From Aquificaceae bacterium (lineage in GTDB: Bacteria; Aquificota; Aquificia; Aquificales; Aquificaceae), in assembly GCA_039630345.1 (NCBI GenBank), contig JBCNVD010000011.1, positions 1-48,171 on the forward strand: a DNA stretch of 48,171 bases. The letters run 5' to 3'. Shown one piece after another: positions 29,424-38,247 of the stretch. Numbering within the stretch: position 1 is the stretch's first letter; every line of letters starts with the position of its first letter. Below the pieces are notes generated by a model, which ran no database searches, had not been told where the DNA came from, and was given only the letters and a program-made list of their open reading frames with translations. The position numbers and the translations under genes are program-made.

Positions 29424-29719
29424 ACCTTTACAACCACGCAGGTAAGGGCTTCTTTAACCCCCTCCAGAGCGTGGATTTTGGTAATTACAAGCCTTCCAAG
29501 CTCGTCCTGATTTCTGAGCTCTGCAAAAACTATGATGTCATAGGGTCCTGTTACCACATCTGCAGTCTTTACCCCGTCAAAGGTTGAAAGAGCGAGCATA
29601 ATAGAAGGTATTTCCCTAGGGTCTGCCTTTATAAGGATGTAGGCTTTTATTGAAAACTCGCTCTCCATTTCCATAAGCTCTGTGATTGACATAGGATAGC
29701 TTTCGCCTTGAGTTTGCAT
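29420..29719 (-). CDS. Stand-alone Lrp/AsnC ligand-binding (RAM) domain protein
   Basis: KAYILIK, GV..ADVVTGPYDII, I..LEGV....TC; no HTH domain. Confidence 0.88.
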   Translation of the reverse strand: MQTQGESYPMSITELMEMESEFSIKAYILIKADPREIPSIMLALSTFDGVKTADVVTGPYDIIVFAELRNQDELGRLVITKIHALEGVKEALTCVVVKV

Positions 29720-29766
29720 CTTTTCCTCCTTATGTGCTATTTTAAACCCTGTTTTAAGATATATTT

Positions 29767-30987
29767 ATGGAATCTTTCCAATCCCCCCGTGGCTTTCACG
29801 ACATTCTTGGCGAAAAAAGAGACCGCATGGCAAAAATTAGCTCAATTCTTAGAGCAAAGCTCATAGAGAGAAACTTTCAAGAAGTTATCCTGCCTGTAGT
29901 TGAATACGCGGAGCTCTTCCAGCGAGGCGTTGGTCAGCTTACAGACATAGTGCAGAAAGAGATGTTTACATTCCCAGATAGCAAGCAAAGGCTTCTTGCC
30001 CTAAGGCCCGAAGGAACCGCAGGCGCAGTCAGGGCATACCTTCAACAAAAGCTCTATCTAAAGCCCTGGGCAAAGCTATTTTACGAAGGCCCTATGTTCA
30101 GGCACGAAAGACCCCAGGCGGGTCGCTACAGACAGTTTCACCAGCTTGGCGCGGAAGTCTTTGGCATTAAAGACCCTTATATAGATGCTCAGCTTGTTGA
30201 GATTCTGTGGCTTCTTGCCAAAGAGCTTGGTCTGGATGTAAGAGTTGAGATAAATTCAGTAGGTTGCAGGGTCTGCAGACCGGATTATAAAATTAAACTA
30301 ACAGAATATCTCCACTCTGTCAAAGATAGCCTTTGCGAAACTTGCATAGAGAGGATGGATAAAAACCCTCTAAGAGTGCTTGATTGCAAAGTAAAAACCT
30401 GCCAGGAAGCAACCAAAGACGCACCTTTTACCATAAATTACCTTTGCAAAGATTGTGAGTCTCACCTTGAAGGCTTTAAAAGTGCCCTTGATAGTTTAGG
30501 TATTGAATACTGTATAAACCCAAGGCTTGTAAGAGGTCTTGATTACTATACGCGAAGCGTGTTTGAGTTTGTCTCTAAAAGAAGCTCTCTTACTTTGATG
30601 GCAGGCGGAAGGTATGACTATCTTGTCGAAGAGCTTGGAGGTCCTCAAACCCCGGCTGTTGGCTTTGCGGTAGGGCTCGAAAGACTTGCAGAGGAACTCT
30701 TTGTAGAACCTGAAGAGAGTGAACTGTGGCTAATTGTAGCGTTTGGAAACGTTATCGACTTTGCCCTGAAAGTCCATAGTCACCTCTTTGCCAAAAACAG
30801 GCGCGTTGATATGATTGTAAAGCCCCCAAAGAAAGGTCTTGAGATTGCCAACAAACTTGGCGCAAGATTTGCGATTTTAATTGGCGAAGAGGAAAAATCA
30901 GGCGGTTTTTATATCCTTAAAGACCTAAGAACCGGCTCTCAAGAGAGAGTGGAATTTCATACTCTAAAAGAGATAAAAACCAAGTAG
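29767..30987 (+). CDS. hisS: Histidine--tRNA ligase
   Basis: PRGFHD, TDIVQKEMF.F, LRPEGTAG, MFRHERPQAGRYRQFHQ, LVRGLDYY, GGRYD, GFAVGLERL. Confidence 0.98.
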   Translation: MESFQSPRGFHDILGEKRDRMAKISSILRAKLIERNFQEVILPVVEYAELFQRGVGQLTDIVQKEMFTFPDSKQRLLALRPEGTAGAVRAYLQQKLYLKPWAKLFYEGPMFRHERPQAGRYRQFHQLGAEVFGIKDPYIDAQLVEILWLLAKELGLDVRVEINSVGCRVCRPDYKIKLTEYLHSVKDSLCETCIERMDKNPLRVLDCKVKTCQEATKDAPFTINYLCKDCESHLEGFKSALDSLGIEYCINPRLVRGLDYYTRSVFEFVSKRSSLTLMAGGRYDYLVEELGGPQTPAVGFAVGLERLAEELFVEPEESELWLIVAFGNVIDFALKVHSHLFAKNRRVDMIVKPPKKGLEIANKLGARFAILIGEEEKSGGFYILKDLRTGSQERVEFHTLKEIKTK

Positions 30988-31928
30988 CGCTTTTTTATCC
31001 TGAGTTTTAGCTCGCATTTATATCGCTTTAATATGTTTTTAGTCAGCATAAGCCCAAGTCCCATCCCGGCATTTTTAGTGCTTGATATGTCGTTAAAAAC
31101 AGCTAAAATCACTTTCCCTCTTTTTTTAAGGGTTTTTATACTTATATTCTTAGAAGAGTGCTTAATTGCATTACCTATAATGTTATAAAGAATGTCTTTT
31201 AAGTCCGCCTCTTCTATCCTGACATACAAATCCTTTAGCCTGAGCCATAGTTTTTTGTCCTGCAACTCCTCTTCAAAAAGGTTCAAAGTAGCTTCTAAAT
31301 ACTGTTTTATGTTTAATAATTTTGGCTCAGGCTTTGAATTCTGCTTTAGCAGGTTTACAAATATGCTAAAATCCGCCTTTGCCTTCTCAAGCGAGCGCTC
31401 CATTCTTGCTATTCTTTCGTCCTCACCAAGCATTGACTTAAGTATCGCCACATTTAGCTTATGGACAGATAAAAAGTTGCCAAGCCTATGATTTAGCCCA
31501 AGTATAAGAGTTTTTTGCCACTCCTGATGCTCTTTTATTCTCCTTGTGTATCTCTCAAGCATAAACTGAAATAGCAGAATTATTGATGTAATCAGAAAAA
31601 ACTCTATAGTAAATAGTCTATAAACCATAGATTCCAATTTTTCTTCAAAAAACTCCTCACTTACGCCTATAATTATGCCTGAATCTATACCATCTTTTGG
31701 TCCAAATTCATAAATTCTGTATCTGTATGTATCTGCGCCTATTTGAAAGTGCTCGTCGCCTCTGTGCGAAGCGTCCTGCCTATATATCCTGTAGTGCATC
31801 GTCGCAATTTTATAAGCTTCTTCTTCCAAAAACCCCTCAAGACTTTTTATAGCAAGCACATTCACCAAACTAAAACCCACAGTTAAGAGCAAAAAAAGCA
31901 CTAAATAAAGCTTTAACTTCTCAACCAT
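30957..31928 (-). CDS. Sensor histidine kinase with a reduced ATPase domain
   Basis: 2 TM, H-box LNHRLGN, N-box NIIGNAIKH, G2 GMGLGL; follows a response regulator. Confidence 0.8.
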   Translation of the reverse strand: MVEKLKLYLVLFLLLTVGFSLVNVLAIKSLEGFLEEEAYKIATMHYRIYRQDASHRGDEHFQIGADTYRYRIYEFGPKDGIDSGIIIGVSEEFFEEKLESMVYRLFTIEFFLITSIILLFQFMLERYTRRIKEHQEWQKTLILGLNHRLGNFLSVHKLNVAILKSMLGEDERIARMERSLEKAKADFSIFVNLLKQNSKPEPKLLNIKQYLEATLNLFEEELQDKKLWLRLKDLYVRIEEADLKDILYNIIGNAIKHSSKNISIKTLKKRGKVILAVFNDISSTKNAGMGLGLMLTKNILKRYKCELKLRIKKRYLVFISFRV

Positions 31929-32568
31929 CTACCATGTATCCCCTTCCCTTCTGAGACTTTATAAACCCCTCCGGCAATAGCCTTCTGAGGTTTTTTATGT
32001 AAGTTCTAACAATCTCCTCGCCAACAGGTTCATCGCCCCAAACATAGTTTAAAATCTCCTCTGTAGAAACAAAGCTCCCTCTCTTCTGGGCAAGAAGCTT
32101 CAAAATAAGCCACTCTCTCATACTAAGTTTTATTTCTTTTGAGTTAACAAAAGCCCGCTTCGCGGATATATTTAATAAAACCTCCCCAATTTCTATCACC
32201 TCTTCTCTAAATAGTCTTCTATGCAAAGCTTTTATTCTAAGAACCAGCTCTTTAGGCTCAAAGGGCTTTGACAGAAAGTCATCCGCCCCGAGATTAAAGC
32301 AGTTTTCTTTGTCTTCAAGTCTTGATTTTGCCGTAAGTATCAAAACAGGAGTCTTATCTCCCCTCTTTCTTAGCTCTTTGAGTAGCTCTTCCCCGTTTAG
32401 GTGTGGCATAGTCAAATCCATCACAATTACATCGTAAGTTGAGACCTCGAGAAGGTCAAAGAATTCCCTGCTATCGCTTATCCAGTCAACAACCATCCCT
32501 TCTGTTTTCAGATACTCTTTTAAAGACCTTCCTAGCAATCCGTCATCTTCTACAATCAGCACCTTCAC
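31921..32568 (-). CDS. OmpR-family response regulator
   Basis: VLIVEDD, DVIVMDL.MP..NG, ILTAK, GADDFLSKPF, winged helix with RTYIKNLRR and GRGY. Confidence 0.95.
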   Translation of the reverse strand: MKVLIVEDDGLLGRSLKEYLKTEGMVVDWISDSREFFDLLEVSTYDVIVMDLTMPHLNGEELLKELRKRGDKTPVLILTAKSRLEDKENCFNLGADDFLSKPFEPKELVLRIKALHRRLFREEVIEIGEVLLNISAKRAFVNSKEIKLSMREWLILKLLAQKRGSFVSTEEILNYVWGDEPVGEEIVRTYIKNLRRLLPEGFIKSQKGRGYMVDG

Positions 32569-32587
32569 GGCTTAAATATTACTCTAT

Positions 32588-33019
32588 ATGGATGCTTTTA
32601 CTCTTTCCATAGCTTTTCAGGATTGCCCTGTGTTGCAGGCAAGGCTGTTGGCTCTATGGGAAGTAAACCCTTATGGAGAGCTTCTTTTGATCGCAACAGA
32701 ACATCTAAAAGCAGGCTGTGAAAATAAAAGCCCTCAGCATCTTAGGTCTGCAAGCTATATCATTTACGCCCTTGAAGCCATCTCCCATCAGGAAGAGCTA
32801 AGCCCCAATAGACATATCCTGAGCGAGCGCTTTAAGCGCTCTTACTTTATGCTCTCAAAATCCCGTATCTATTCAAAGATCCATCCAACTCTGTATAGCT
32901 ATCAATTTCTCTTCCATCAAGTTGCCCGTGAAAACCTGAGCTTTAAAGATGAGCAAAACGCCCTGAAGTTTGCCATGGCATCATATAGCCTTGGCAGGGC
33001 AATACTGGAACTTAGATGA
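32588..33019 (+). CDS. Hypothetical protein
   Basis: 143-aa ORF with an ATGA overlap into trmI; family not recognised. Confidence 0.65.
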   Translation: MDAFTLSIAFQDCPVLQARLLALWEVNPYGELLLIATEHLKAGCENKSPQHLRSASYIIYALEAISHQEELSPNRHILSERFKRSYFMLSKSRIYSKIHPTLYSYQFLFHQVARENLSFKDEQNALKFAMASYSLGRAILELR

Positions 33020-33753
33020 ACTTCAAAGAAGGCGATTATGTTCTTGTTTTTATAGACGGCAGAAAATACCTCAAAAAGCTTTCAAAAGACTTCCATCTCA
33101 GTTACAGAGGAAAAATCCTTCGCTTTGAAGATGTTATAAATAAATCCTACGGAACATATATAGACGGCTTTCTTTTGCTAAAACCCACAATAGAAGAGAT
33201 TATCCTCTATGGCTTTGAAAGGGGCACCCAGATTCTCTATCCAAAAGATAGCTTTTATTGCGCTTTCAAGCTCGGTTTAAGCGAGGATAAATCGCTTCTG
33301 GAGTTTGGCACCGGCGTAGGCGCAGCTACAGCTGTGTTTTATCAGCTTTGTAAAAACATCACCACCATAGAGCTAAGAAAAGAGTTTCATCTAAAAGCTT
33401 TGAAAAACTGGGAACGCTTTGGTCTTTGCAAAGAAATAAGGTCTCTTAACTGCGACTTTCTGGAAGCTCAGATTAAAGATTCCGAGTTTGACTGCGCTTT
33501 TGTTGATGTAAAAAATCCCATTGACTACCTTGAGAAATTAAAAATTTGTCTAAAGCCCGGTGCAAAAGTTGGCTGGGTTTTGCCTACCGCAAATCAGGTA
33601 AGCCTGCTTCTATCAAGACTAAAAGGCTTTGATGCGGTGGAAGTTTTAGAAATTTTGCACCGCAGCTACAAGCCAAATCCTGACAGGCTAAGACCTGAGG
33701 ATACCATGGTTGCTCATACTGGCTATCTTGTCTTTGCAATAAAGAGCATGTAA
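33016..33753 (+). CDS. trmI: tRNA (adenine58-N1)-methyltransferase TrmI
   Basis: R.TQI.YPKD, LEFGTG.G, AFVDV..P, PTANQV, RLRP.D.MVAHTGYL. Confidence 0.9.
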   Translation: MNFKEGDYVLVFIDGRKYLKKLSKDFHLSYRGKILRFEDVINKSYGTYIDGFLLLKPTIEEIILYGFERGTQILYPKDSFYCAFKLGLSEDKSLLEFGTGVGAATAVFYQLCKNITTIELRKEFHLKALKNWERFGLCKEIRSLNCDFLEAQIKDSEFDCAFVDVKNPIDYLEKLKICLKPGAKVGWVLPTANQVSLLLSRLKGFDAVEVLEILHRSYKPNPDRLRPEDTMVAHTGYLVFAIKSM

Positions 33754-34322
33754 GCTTTGAGGTCTTTTAAAGAAACCTCACAGCAATCTATCTCTTTTGC
33801 CTGATTTTCACCAATCATATAAATTAGATACTTTCTTGATAGGTTCTTTAAAACTTCCAGCTTTGATATGCCACCATCAATTGCTCTAGACATAACCAGA
33901 TCAAAAGTCAAATCTACCTCTTCAGCCCTTTTGCATATTACCTTAAATCCTATGTTTAACTTTGTGTCAAGATGTTCCAAAAAGGCACATCTTTTCCATG
34001 ATGGCTCTATAAGCGTCATATTTATGCTGTTTTTATAAAATATTTTCAAAACTGCACCCGGAAAGCCGGCACCAGAACCCACATCAGAAACTTCAAATCC
34101 TCCAATATTAACTTCCATTTTCCTAAGACATCTATCTACCAGCAACGACCCTAAAAAATGCTCTTTTAAAATCCTGCGCCAGTCTTTAAAACCGGTTAAA
34201 TTATGAACTTCATTCCAGCGAATCAGCTCTTTTAAATAAAGATAAAACTTCTCCTCTATGTCCTCAGTTAGCTCAAATGGGTATTGTCTTAGAATGCTTC
34301 TTACATCTTCGAAAGAAGGAAT
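33723..34322 (-). CDS. rsmG: 16S rRNA m7G527 methyltransferase RsmG/GidB (proposed ATT start at 34322; ORF track starts at 34145)
   Basis: Upstream in-frame FYLYLKELIRWNEVHNLTG...KEHFLGSL, then DVGSGAGFPG, LIEPS.KR.AFL, RAEE, FDLVMSRA. Confidence 0.9.
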   Translation of the reverse strand: MPSFEDVRSILRQYPFELTEDIEEKFYLYLKELIRWNEVHNLTGFKDWRRILKEHFLGSLLVDRCLRKMEVNIGGFEVSDVGSGAGFPGAVLKIFYKNSINMTLIEPSWKRCAFLEHLDTKLNIGFKVICKRAEEVDLTFDLVMSRAIDGGISKLEVLKNLSRKYLIYMIGENQAKEIDCCEVSLKDLKAYMLFIAKTR

Positions 34323-34882
34323 TTTATATCCTCCGCCATCTTAGCAGGGTCTTGTTTATTTAATGTATAGAGCAATTTTATTTTCATGTCCGGGGTTATA
34401 AGATAAATCGTTGCCGTATGGTCTACCAAATATCCAAGCGCAGAGTCACTTTTAACCTTTGTATAATAAGCATTATAAGCCTTTGCAACAGAAGCAATCT
34501 CCTCTGAAGTGCCATAAAGACCAATAAAAGAAGGTCCAAAATAGCTCATATAAGATTTTAAAACTGCAGGAGTATCTCGCTCAGGATCTACGGTTATGAA
34601 AGCCACCTTTACTCTTTCCGCGTCTTTTTTAAGGAGCTGTATGGTTTTTTGCATCTTGCCAAGACTATCAGGGCAAATATCCGGGCAGTTTGTGTATCCA
34701 AAAAACAAAAGCACCAGAGAGTTATTTCCTGTTATCTCAGAAAGTGATCTTGGTTTGCCTTCCTGATCTTTCAGTCTAAAGTCATATGCTGGTTTGTCAT
34801 AAAAAAAGCCGTAAAATTTGTGCGATTGCTTGCAAGAGCCAAGCAGTAAAATACTAACTAGCAAAAGCGCTAATACTCTCAT
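34301..34882 (-). CDS. SCO1/SenC copper chaperone lipoprotein
   Basis: Lipobox LGSC, FFGYTNCPDICP (CxxxC), ITVDPERDT, VDHT. Confidence 0.93.
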   Translation of the reverse strand: MRVLALLLVSILLLGSCKQSHKFYGFFYDKPAYDFRLKDQEGKPRSLSEITGNNSLVLLFFGYTNCPDICPDSLGKMQKTIQLLKKDAERVKVAFITVDPERDTPAVLKSYMSYFGPSFIGLYGTSEEIASVAKAYNAYYTKVKSDSALGYLVDHTATIYLITPDMKIKLLYTLNKQDPAKMAEDIKFLLSKM

Positions 34883-34891
34883 AAGAAAAAA

Positions 34892-36190
34892 CTATAGGCA
34901 AAGCGTAACTTTAGTGCCAGAACCTTTTTTGCTCTCTATCTTGATCTTGAGTCCTGACCTTTCTGCTATGGCTTTCACTACTGACATTCCAAGTCCAAAG
35001 CCCTCTTTTTCGTGATATTCCCTGTAGAATGGAGTTCCTATCATCTCCGGGTTTTCTATTCCAACCCCATCATCCTGCACGCATATACATCCGTTAGAGA
35101 AATAAAGCCTTATTTTACCCCCTTCCTGCGTGTATTTGTAGGAGTTTTCTATTAAGTTTCCTATAGCTAACTTTAAATACTCAATGTCTGCAACAATCAA
35201 AACTTCTTCTTCAGTATATTCGACCCGAAAATTTCTCTCTCGCTTTATGTATTCGTAATCTTCTTCAATTTGGGCAAAAAGCTCGTTAATGCTGAAGCTT
35301 TGTTCTTTTAAAGGCAGTTTAGATTCAAGTCTCAAAAGTGTAAGCAAGTGGTTAATCAGCTTTTCCATCTTTGTTGCTTGTTGATTTATTTCTAAAATTG
35401 TGTTTCTTATAGTGTTTTCTTCCAGTTTTCTTTTGCTAAGTATTTCACTCTGTCCTTTTATGTAAGTTAGAGGGGTTTTTAAGCTGTGTGTAATCATTTT
35501 GATAAACTCCATCTGCCATTGAATAATACCCTTGAGGCTATTTAGCATAGCGCTGAAAGAATTTTGCAACAGTCCAAGCTCGTCATCTCTCTCTGTTTTG
35601 TCCACTGAAATATCTATGTTTCCTGTTGCGATTGCCCTGGAAGCTCTGGTAAGAACATTAAGAGGCTCTAAAAGTCTTTCTACCAAAAGTGCAGAAAGCG
35701 ATGAAAAAATGACTGCGACGCTGGCTATCATCATAAGACTATAAACAAATATTTCATTCTGGATTTTTTTTATTCTTGATAGATTTCCAATTAATAAAAG
35801 AATGTATCCGTCAAATTCAATACTTACATAGATGCTATCTTTATCTTTTAAGCTACCATTTTTTAGCCTTGCAAAGAAATTATCTTTCGGGAGTTTTATA
35901 TACCCCTCTATGCTTGGACTTAATGCTATTAGTTTTCCTTCTTTGTCAAAGACCGCGCTGGCAATCTCGCGCGTTACTACATCTTCCGCAAGTAAACTTG
36001 CATAAAACGATGGATTTTTATAAGAATCTCTGTAAAATTCAACAAATGGCAATGCATGCCTTCTTATATGCTCTTCAAACTGGGCAGTTAGAAATCTGCT
36101 TACTATAATGTTTGTAAAAATAGCTATTAAAAGCACGCTTAGCGTGTTAATCCCTATAAGATATGTAACTAACTTAAGTTTCAGAGTCAT
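34892..36190 (-). CDS. HAMP-domain sensor histidine kinase
   Basis: 2 TM, HAMP (RDDELGLL..SF..M), H-box THSLKTPLT, NLIENS.KY, DDGVGI, PFYR, GFGLGM. Confidence 0.93.
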   Translation of the reverse strand: MTLKLKLVTYLIGINTLSVLLIAIFTNIIVSRFLTAQFEEHIRRHALPFVEFYRDSYKNPSFYASLLAEDVVTREIASAVFDKEGKLIALSPSIEGYIKLPKDNFFARLKNGSLKDKDSIYVSIEFDGYILLLIGNLSRIKKIQNEIFVYSLMMIASVAVIFSSLSALLVERLLEPLNVLTRASRAIATGNIDISVDKTERDDELGLLQNSFSAMLNSLKGIIQWQMEFIKMITHSLKTPLTYIKGQSEILSKRKLEENTIRNTILEINQQATKMEKLINHLLTLLRLESKLPLKEQSFSINELFAQIEEDYEYIKRERNFRVEYTEEEVLIVADIEYLKLAIGNLIENSYKYTQEGGKIRLYFSNGCICVQDDGVGIENPEMIGTPFYREYHEKEGFGLGMSVVKAIAERSGLKIKIESKKGSGTKVTLCL

Positions 36191-36851
36191 CTATCATGTA
36201 TCCAATCCCGCGAATTGTTTTAATAATTCTGTGTTCGTGATCGGAAAGTTTTCTTCTTAAGTTTCTTACATAAACATCAACTATATTCGAATCATGTTCA
36301 TGAGCGTAGCCCCACACTTTTGAGTAAATTTCATCTCTGAAAACCACGCTATTTTTTCTCTCTACCAGGAATTTAAGCAATTGAAATTCTCTTTTTGTGG
36401 TCTGGATTTTCTGACCTCTTAGCAAAACCTCCATTGAGCTTAACCTTATAGTCACAGGACCTGCTTTAAGAACCTGCGGAGACTCTCTCAGGCTTCTTCT
36501 CAAAACCGCCCCTATTCTTGCGCTAAGCTCTGCAAATGAAAAAGGTTTTACTATGTAGTCATCTGCACCGGCAGCAAGACCTTCAACTCTATCCTCAACC
36601 TGACCTTTTGCGGTAAGTATGATAATAGGAACGCTCTTTACCTCTCTTATTTGCCTGCAAACCTTAAGACCGTCGATTTTTGGTATCATAAGGTCAAGCA
36701 AAATAAGGTCATATTCCTCTTCAAGAACTCTCTTTAAGGCACTAAAGCCATCAAGAACCCAGTCTACTTCAAAACCCTGACGGGCTAATTCCTCTTTTAG
36801 CATCTGACCGACGCTTTGCTCGTCTTCTACCAGAAGGATTTTATGTTTCAA
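36174..36851 (-). CDS. OmpR-family response regulator
   Basis: ILLVEDE, DLILLDLMIP.IDG, GADDYIVKPF, SNIVDVYVRNLRRKL, TIRGIGY. Confidence 0.96.
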   Translation of the reverse strand: MKHKILLVEDEQSVGQMLKEELARQGFEVDWVLDGFSALKRVLEEEYDLILLDLMIPKIDGLKVCRQIREVKSVPIIILTAKGQVEDRVEGLAAGADDYIVKPFSFAELSARIGAVLRRSLRESPQVLKAGPVTIRLSSMEVLLRGQKIQTTKREFQLLKFLVERKNSVVFRDEIYSKVWGYAHEHDSNIVDVYVRNLRRKLSDHEHRIIKTIRGIGYMIDDSET

Positions 36852-38247
36852 TAGCGACCAGATAGTCTTCTAAATCCATAACTTTGAGTACTTCTCTGTA
36901 AGGTTGCAAAACTATCTGGAGGTCTTCTTCTAGTTTTTGTTGACCAAGGAGGTTATAACTTAGATCTAGGAGAAACTGCATAAAGCCCGAAAGGTCATCT
37001 TCATGAGATGGCATGCGCCTATAGACTATGGACCCTTCATGATACTTGTATAAATCAGAAGAAGCAAGCTGAGAAAGAATAGATTGATGACTATATCCAG
37101 CGTGCCTTAGTAAAACTCCATATATCACATTAACTACGAATAGCTGAATGATATGCTTGATATTTTCCATAGATTCGTAAAAAACTAGTTCTAGACCGTC
37201 TACTTTTTTGAAAGAGAAGCTATTTAGTTTCTTTAATTGTCCAGCTTTCTCCTGAAGAACGCTAACTACTGCTCCATCTTTATGCATTATGTAGTTCTTT
37301 CCCCCGTCAGCATACACGAGTATTAGTCCAGTCCTCCTCTCTACATTCATACTCATTAAAACTTTTCCAAGCTCTATGAAAGAACCGGGGATTCCCCGAA
37401 CCATCTTATTTTCAGAGTGCCTTAGCATATATAGCTCCATAGTCCTCTCTTCCAAAGACAGGACGCTAAGGCTAGCTCCCCCACTTTGACCCATTAAAAA
37501 TCCGAATATATCGCCATTATATGGATAAACAGCAACTAGTTTTCCCTTTTTGTAATATAGATTTAAATCGAAATCTCCTCCCTTGACTAATACAGCACCA
37601 GTAAATTTGCTGGTATTAAAGCCTTGCAAAAGGGATATGATATTTACTTTTTTTATATCAACATCATTCATTAAATAGCTAACTTCATCTGTTCTAATAG
37701 CATCCAGATTTTTAAATTCCTGAATATCTAAAAACCCACCTGAAAAGAGCTCTTTTATTCTCCTTACTTCATCTATGAGCTGCCTTTTGCTCATAGCAAT
37801 TATCTGGTATATGGTTCTCCCATCATAAAAACTTGCATCTTCGAAGCCCTTTATTACCTTTACTATTGCGAAAGGACTTATAACCTGTTCCATAAGTCCT
37901 TGGATTTCCTTATGAGCGAGCTGAGTTTGTAGCATAACCTCTTCCGCATGGATCGACTCTTCAACCGATATCAGGTGAGTATCGCTAATCTCTTTGAAAG
38001 TAAAAAAAGACTCCGGACTGTTAAGTAGCTCACTCAAATGATAGAGTAATACCGCTCTTTTGTTGACGCTGCTTTCGTCTATTTCCTCTGTCTCATCGAA
38101 TCTAAAGCCCGTTATGAACCCTTGTTCTACGCGAATAGTTACCGTGTTAACCCCATAGAAAAGGGTTAAAATGCCTGCTTTGTTAGATAAATAACCATTA
38201 ATTAAGTCTACTAAATCCTGTTGAGACCGCAGGTATCCGGAGATCAT
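36841..38247 (-). CDS. Hypothetical protein with three DUF4388/PATAN-like repeats
   Basis: Three copies of helix-(K/R)(T/A)G-hydrophobic strand-strand-xxG-strand: NKAGILTL...RVEQGFI, KFTGAVLV...YYKKGKLV, RRTGLILV...MHKDGAVV. Confidence 0.6.
   Translation of the reverse strand: MISGYLRSQQDLVDLINGYLSNKAGILTLFYGVNTVTIRVEQGFITGFRFDETEEIDESSVNKRAVLLYHLSELLNSPESFFTFKEISDTHLISVEESIHAEEVMLQTQLAHKEIQGLMEQVISPFAIVKVIKGFEDASFYDGRTIYQIIAMSKRQLIDEVRRIKELFSGGFLDIQEFKNLDAIRTDEVSYLMNDVDIKKVNIISLLQGFNTSKFTGAVLVKGGDFDLNLYYKKGKLVAVYPYNGDIFGFLMGQSGGASLSVLSLEERTMELYMLRHSENKMVRGIPGSFIELGKVLMSMNVERRTGLILVYADGGKNYIMHKDGAVVSVLQEKAGQLKKLNSFSFKKVDGLELVFYESMENIKHIIQLFVVNVIYGVLLRHAGYSHQSILSQLASSDLYKYHEGSIVYRRMPSHEDDLSGFMQFLLDLSYNLLGQQKLEEDLQIVLQPYREVLKVMDLEDYLVAIET

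Noticed and set aside
33723..34145. rsmG (and holB) as N-terminally truncated pseudogenes
   Set aside because: The frames remain open and conserved upstream, with a correctly spaced SD before ATT; a non-canonical start is the simpler explanation.
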